This document shows positions 24,571 to 26,536 of a stretch of DNA of 26,536 nt, in pieces (positions within the stretch are counted from its first letter, which is position 1; each line of letters begins with the position of its first letter). The position numbers and the translations under genes are program-made. Below the pieces are notes generated by a model, which saw only the letters and a list, made by a program, of their open reading frames with translations, was not told the DNA's origin and did no database searches. The DNA is from a virus (Duplodnaviria; Caudoviricetes): positions 1 through 26,536 of IMG/VR virus record IMGVR_UViG_3300006111_000032; one strand, 5' to 3'.

Positions 24571-26536
24571 TTTCTTTGTCCTCTATATCGTCAGTGTAAC
24601 CAATGAAACGTATTTGTGAAACCCGGATCATCCGGAAGTCGGGCGGAACCCGACCTTTTATCGCGTAGAGCGCTTTGCCCGGCTTGCCTCGATCAATGAA
24701 CTCTTTGCCCATTCGCTCGAACTGGAACCTGTCCACCTTCCCGAAAATGACATCCGTGTCGTCGGCGAGCGTGAGGTTCAGCGATTGCGTGGGCCCGACG
24801 ACCTCCTTGCCGCCGCGCTTGGCCACGTTCACGGCTTCATTTTCATCGCGCGGCTTAATTTGCCGGGGCGTACAAAAAACGAGAACATCGTAGTCGTAGC
24901 CCTTCGTCACCACGTCAATAATTTTTGTGGGCGGCGTGAAAATGTTTCGCTCCGAAGGATCTGGCATGATCCGATTGAAAGCATCGCGGATGGGCCATAA
25001 GCTGTCGATCTCGGTCGTCGCATGGGCAAGCATCTTTTCCGCTTTCGCTGGCAAAGGTTCACCCCTGACTCGCGAAGCCATGATTTGCTGAACCATTTTC
25101 GGCCCAATGCCGCGCACGTTTTGAACCGGGCCGACGAGTGCCTTTTTGCCATCTTTCCAGCCTACCGTCCATTTGTCCACGGAAAGCTCGCGGTCGACCG
25201 GAATGTATTCGATTCCTTCTTCATTCATTTCCCGGAGGATTTTAATTTGTTTCGCGGGATCCGGCTCATGCGTCAGCGTGGCTGCGGCGAACTCGAGAGG
25301 GAAATGCGCCTTCATGTATGCGCACCAATAGGATATGATCCCATAAGCCACCGCATGCGAGCGATTGAAACACATAGCTCCATATGCGCAGAGATCGTCC
25401 CAAATTTTGTCCAGCATCGGGCCGGACATTCCGCGCCGCATGGCACCTTCTTTGAATTTGTTGCCATATTGATCGAAAAACTCTTTGCCGAGCGATTTGC
25501 TCATTGCCTTGCGGAGCGTCGAAACATCTTCCCAACTCATGTCGCCGATTTCGCGGCAGATTTGCATGACCTGCTCTTGATAAGCGACCATGCCCAGCGT
25601 GGTTTTCAGGTATGGTTCAAACGTGGGATGAGGATATTCGACCGCCTTGCCATTTTTCCGCTTTGTCCATTCGTTCGTTCCGCCGGAAGCCATCGGGCCG
25701 GGCCGAGCGAGCGAAGTCACGGAGATGATGTCCTCGAGGTTTTCAATTTTGATCTGATTGCAGATCGACTGCAATGCTGGGCCATTGAACTGAAAAATGC
25801 CGGAGAACTGTTTTTTATTGATCACCTCGAAAGAAGGCTTGTCATCCAGCGGGACACGCTCGAGAAAATGGATGTCTTTTCCGGCCAAGAGGAGGGCATC
25901 TTCAAAAACGGAAAGTTGCGTGAGCCCAAGGGCATCGATTTTAAGTAGATTAAGTTCTTCTGCATCTTTTTTGTCGCATTGAGTTGCTCCCGTGCGAGCG
26001 TCGACAGCCACGTAATCAGTGACTGGATCTGCAGTAACAACAATTCCCGCTGCATGTTGCGAGTAGTGTCGAGGGTGGCCTTCCATTTTGGTGGCAATAA
26101 GGATCTCTGGATATTTTTCCAAAATCTCCTTTCCTGCAGCAGTCGACGTAAATGTGTCCTCAAGCGTATGCATTGCTCGAGAGTCTCCGGAAGATCGAAT
26201 GATGAGGCTGTCAAGGACTCGAGTGCAGAGGTATTTTGGAATACCCAGCGCAGTTCCTGCTTCATCAATTGCTGAACGTGGGCGATATAACGCAACAGTT
26301 CCCAGTCGAGCGACTCGTTCCTTCCCATATTTTTCCTCCATGTATTCGAAAACTAAATGACGGTTTTGATCCGAAAAGTCCAAATCAATGTCCGGCAAAT
26401 CATTGCGGGTGATGTCGATGAAGCGCTCAAACAACAAATTGTATTTTATCGGATCGATCGTGGTGATTTCTAGGAGATAGCAAACAAGGCTCCCGCACGA
26501 TGAACCACGGGCCGGACCGCAAATCATTTGTTGACG
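24548..26536 (-). CDS. dnaE: DNA polymerase III alpha subunit-like (family C) polymerase, 5'-truncated by window
   Basis: GPARGSSCGSLVCYLLEITTIDP, LLFERF, LPDIDLDF, QHAAGIVV, LLKIDALGL, GIFQF, LARPGP, YQEQVMQI, LRKAMSK, FNRSHAVAY, YMKAHFPLEF and HhH VRGIGPK. The frame stays open to the window edge. Confidence 0.95.
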   Translation of the reverse strand, partial: RQQMICGPARGSSCGSLVCYLLEITTIDPIKYNLLFERFIDITRNDLPDIDLDFSDQNRHLVFEYMEEKYGKERVARLGTVALYRPRSAIDEAGTALGIPKYLCTRVLDSLIIRSSGDSRAMHTLEDTFTSTAAGKEILEKYPEILIATKMEGHPRHYSQHAAGIVVTADPVTDYVAVDARTGATQCDKKDAEELNLLKIDALGLTQLSVFEDALLLAGKDIHFLERVPLDDKPSFEVINKKQFSGIFQFNGPALQSICNQIKIENLEDIISVTSLARPGPMASGGTNEWTKRKNGKAVEYPHPTFEPYLKTTLGMVAYQEQVMQICREIGDMSWEDVSTLRKAMSKSLGKEFFDQYGNKFKEGAMRRGMSGPMLDKIWDDLCAYGAMCFNRSHAVAYGIISYWCAYMKAHFPLEFAAATLTHEPDPAKQIKILREMNEEGIEYIPVDRELSVDKWTVGWKDGKKALVGPVQNVRGIGPKMVQQIMASRVRGEPLPAKAEKMLAHATTEIDSLWPIRDAFNRIMPDPSERNIFTPPTKIIDVVTKGYDYDVLVFCTPRQIKPRDENEAVNVAKRGGKEVVGPTQSLNLTLADDTDVIFGKVDRFQFERMGKEFIDRGKPGKALYAIKGRVPPDFRMIRVSQIRFIGYTDDIEDKENAHQVTE

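Noticed and set aside
25022-25948. 308-aa + strand ORF opposite dnaE
   Set aside because: Antisense shadow ORF with no independent evidence.
1-26536. Stop-codon reassignment, introns or inteins
   Set aside because: Genes tile densely under the standard code using TAA, TGA and TAG stops. The dnaE, primase and helicase motifs are contiguous, without large insertions.

Overview
This window is 26.5 kb of a tailed dsDNA bacteriophage genome, with two convergent arms meeting at a hairpin at about 16.6 kb. The + strand arm (1-16592) is a podovirus-like virion module. It encodes a SPRY/lectin-like tail protein (5'-partial), a peptidase-S74 tail protein, an embedded lysis cassette (holin-like proteins and a GH108 endolysin), adaptor- and nozzle-like tail proteins, a GNAT-like protein and large internal-virion/ejection proteins, one carrying an internal S74 domain and a lytic transglycosylase. 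The - strand arm (16636-26536) is an early/replication module. It encodes a DnaE-type family C polymerase (5'-partial), a TOPRIM + SF3-helicase primase, small early genes, a DUF932 protein, an SNF2 helicase and two winged-helix proteins. Three observations stand out: (1) a recurring A/K-x-G-G(-R) peptide motif at module boundaries of three putative internal-virion proteins, a candidate processing or capsid-targeting signal; (2) a three-part mutually exclusive inverted-repeat element that can sequester the helicase start codon; (3) sharp alternation of GC3-rich and AT3-rich codon blocks in the tail gene and replication genes. No tRNA, CRISPR array, integrase or reverse transcriptase was seen. 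All family calls come from motif recognition by eye, not from database searches.
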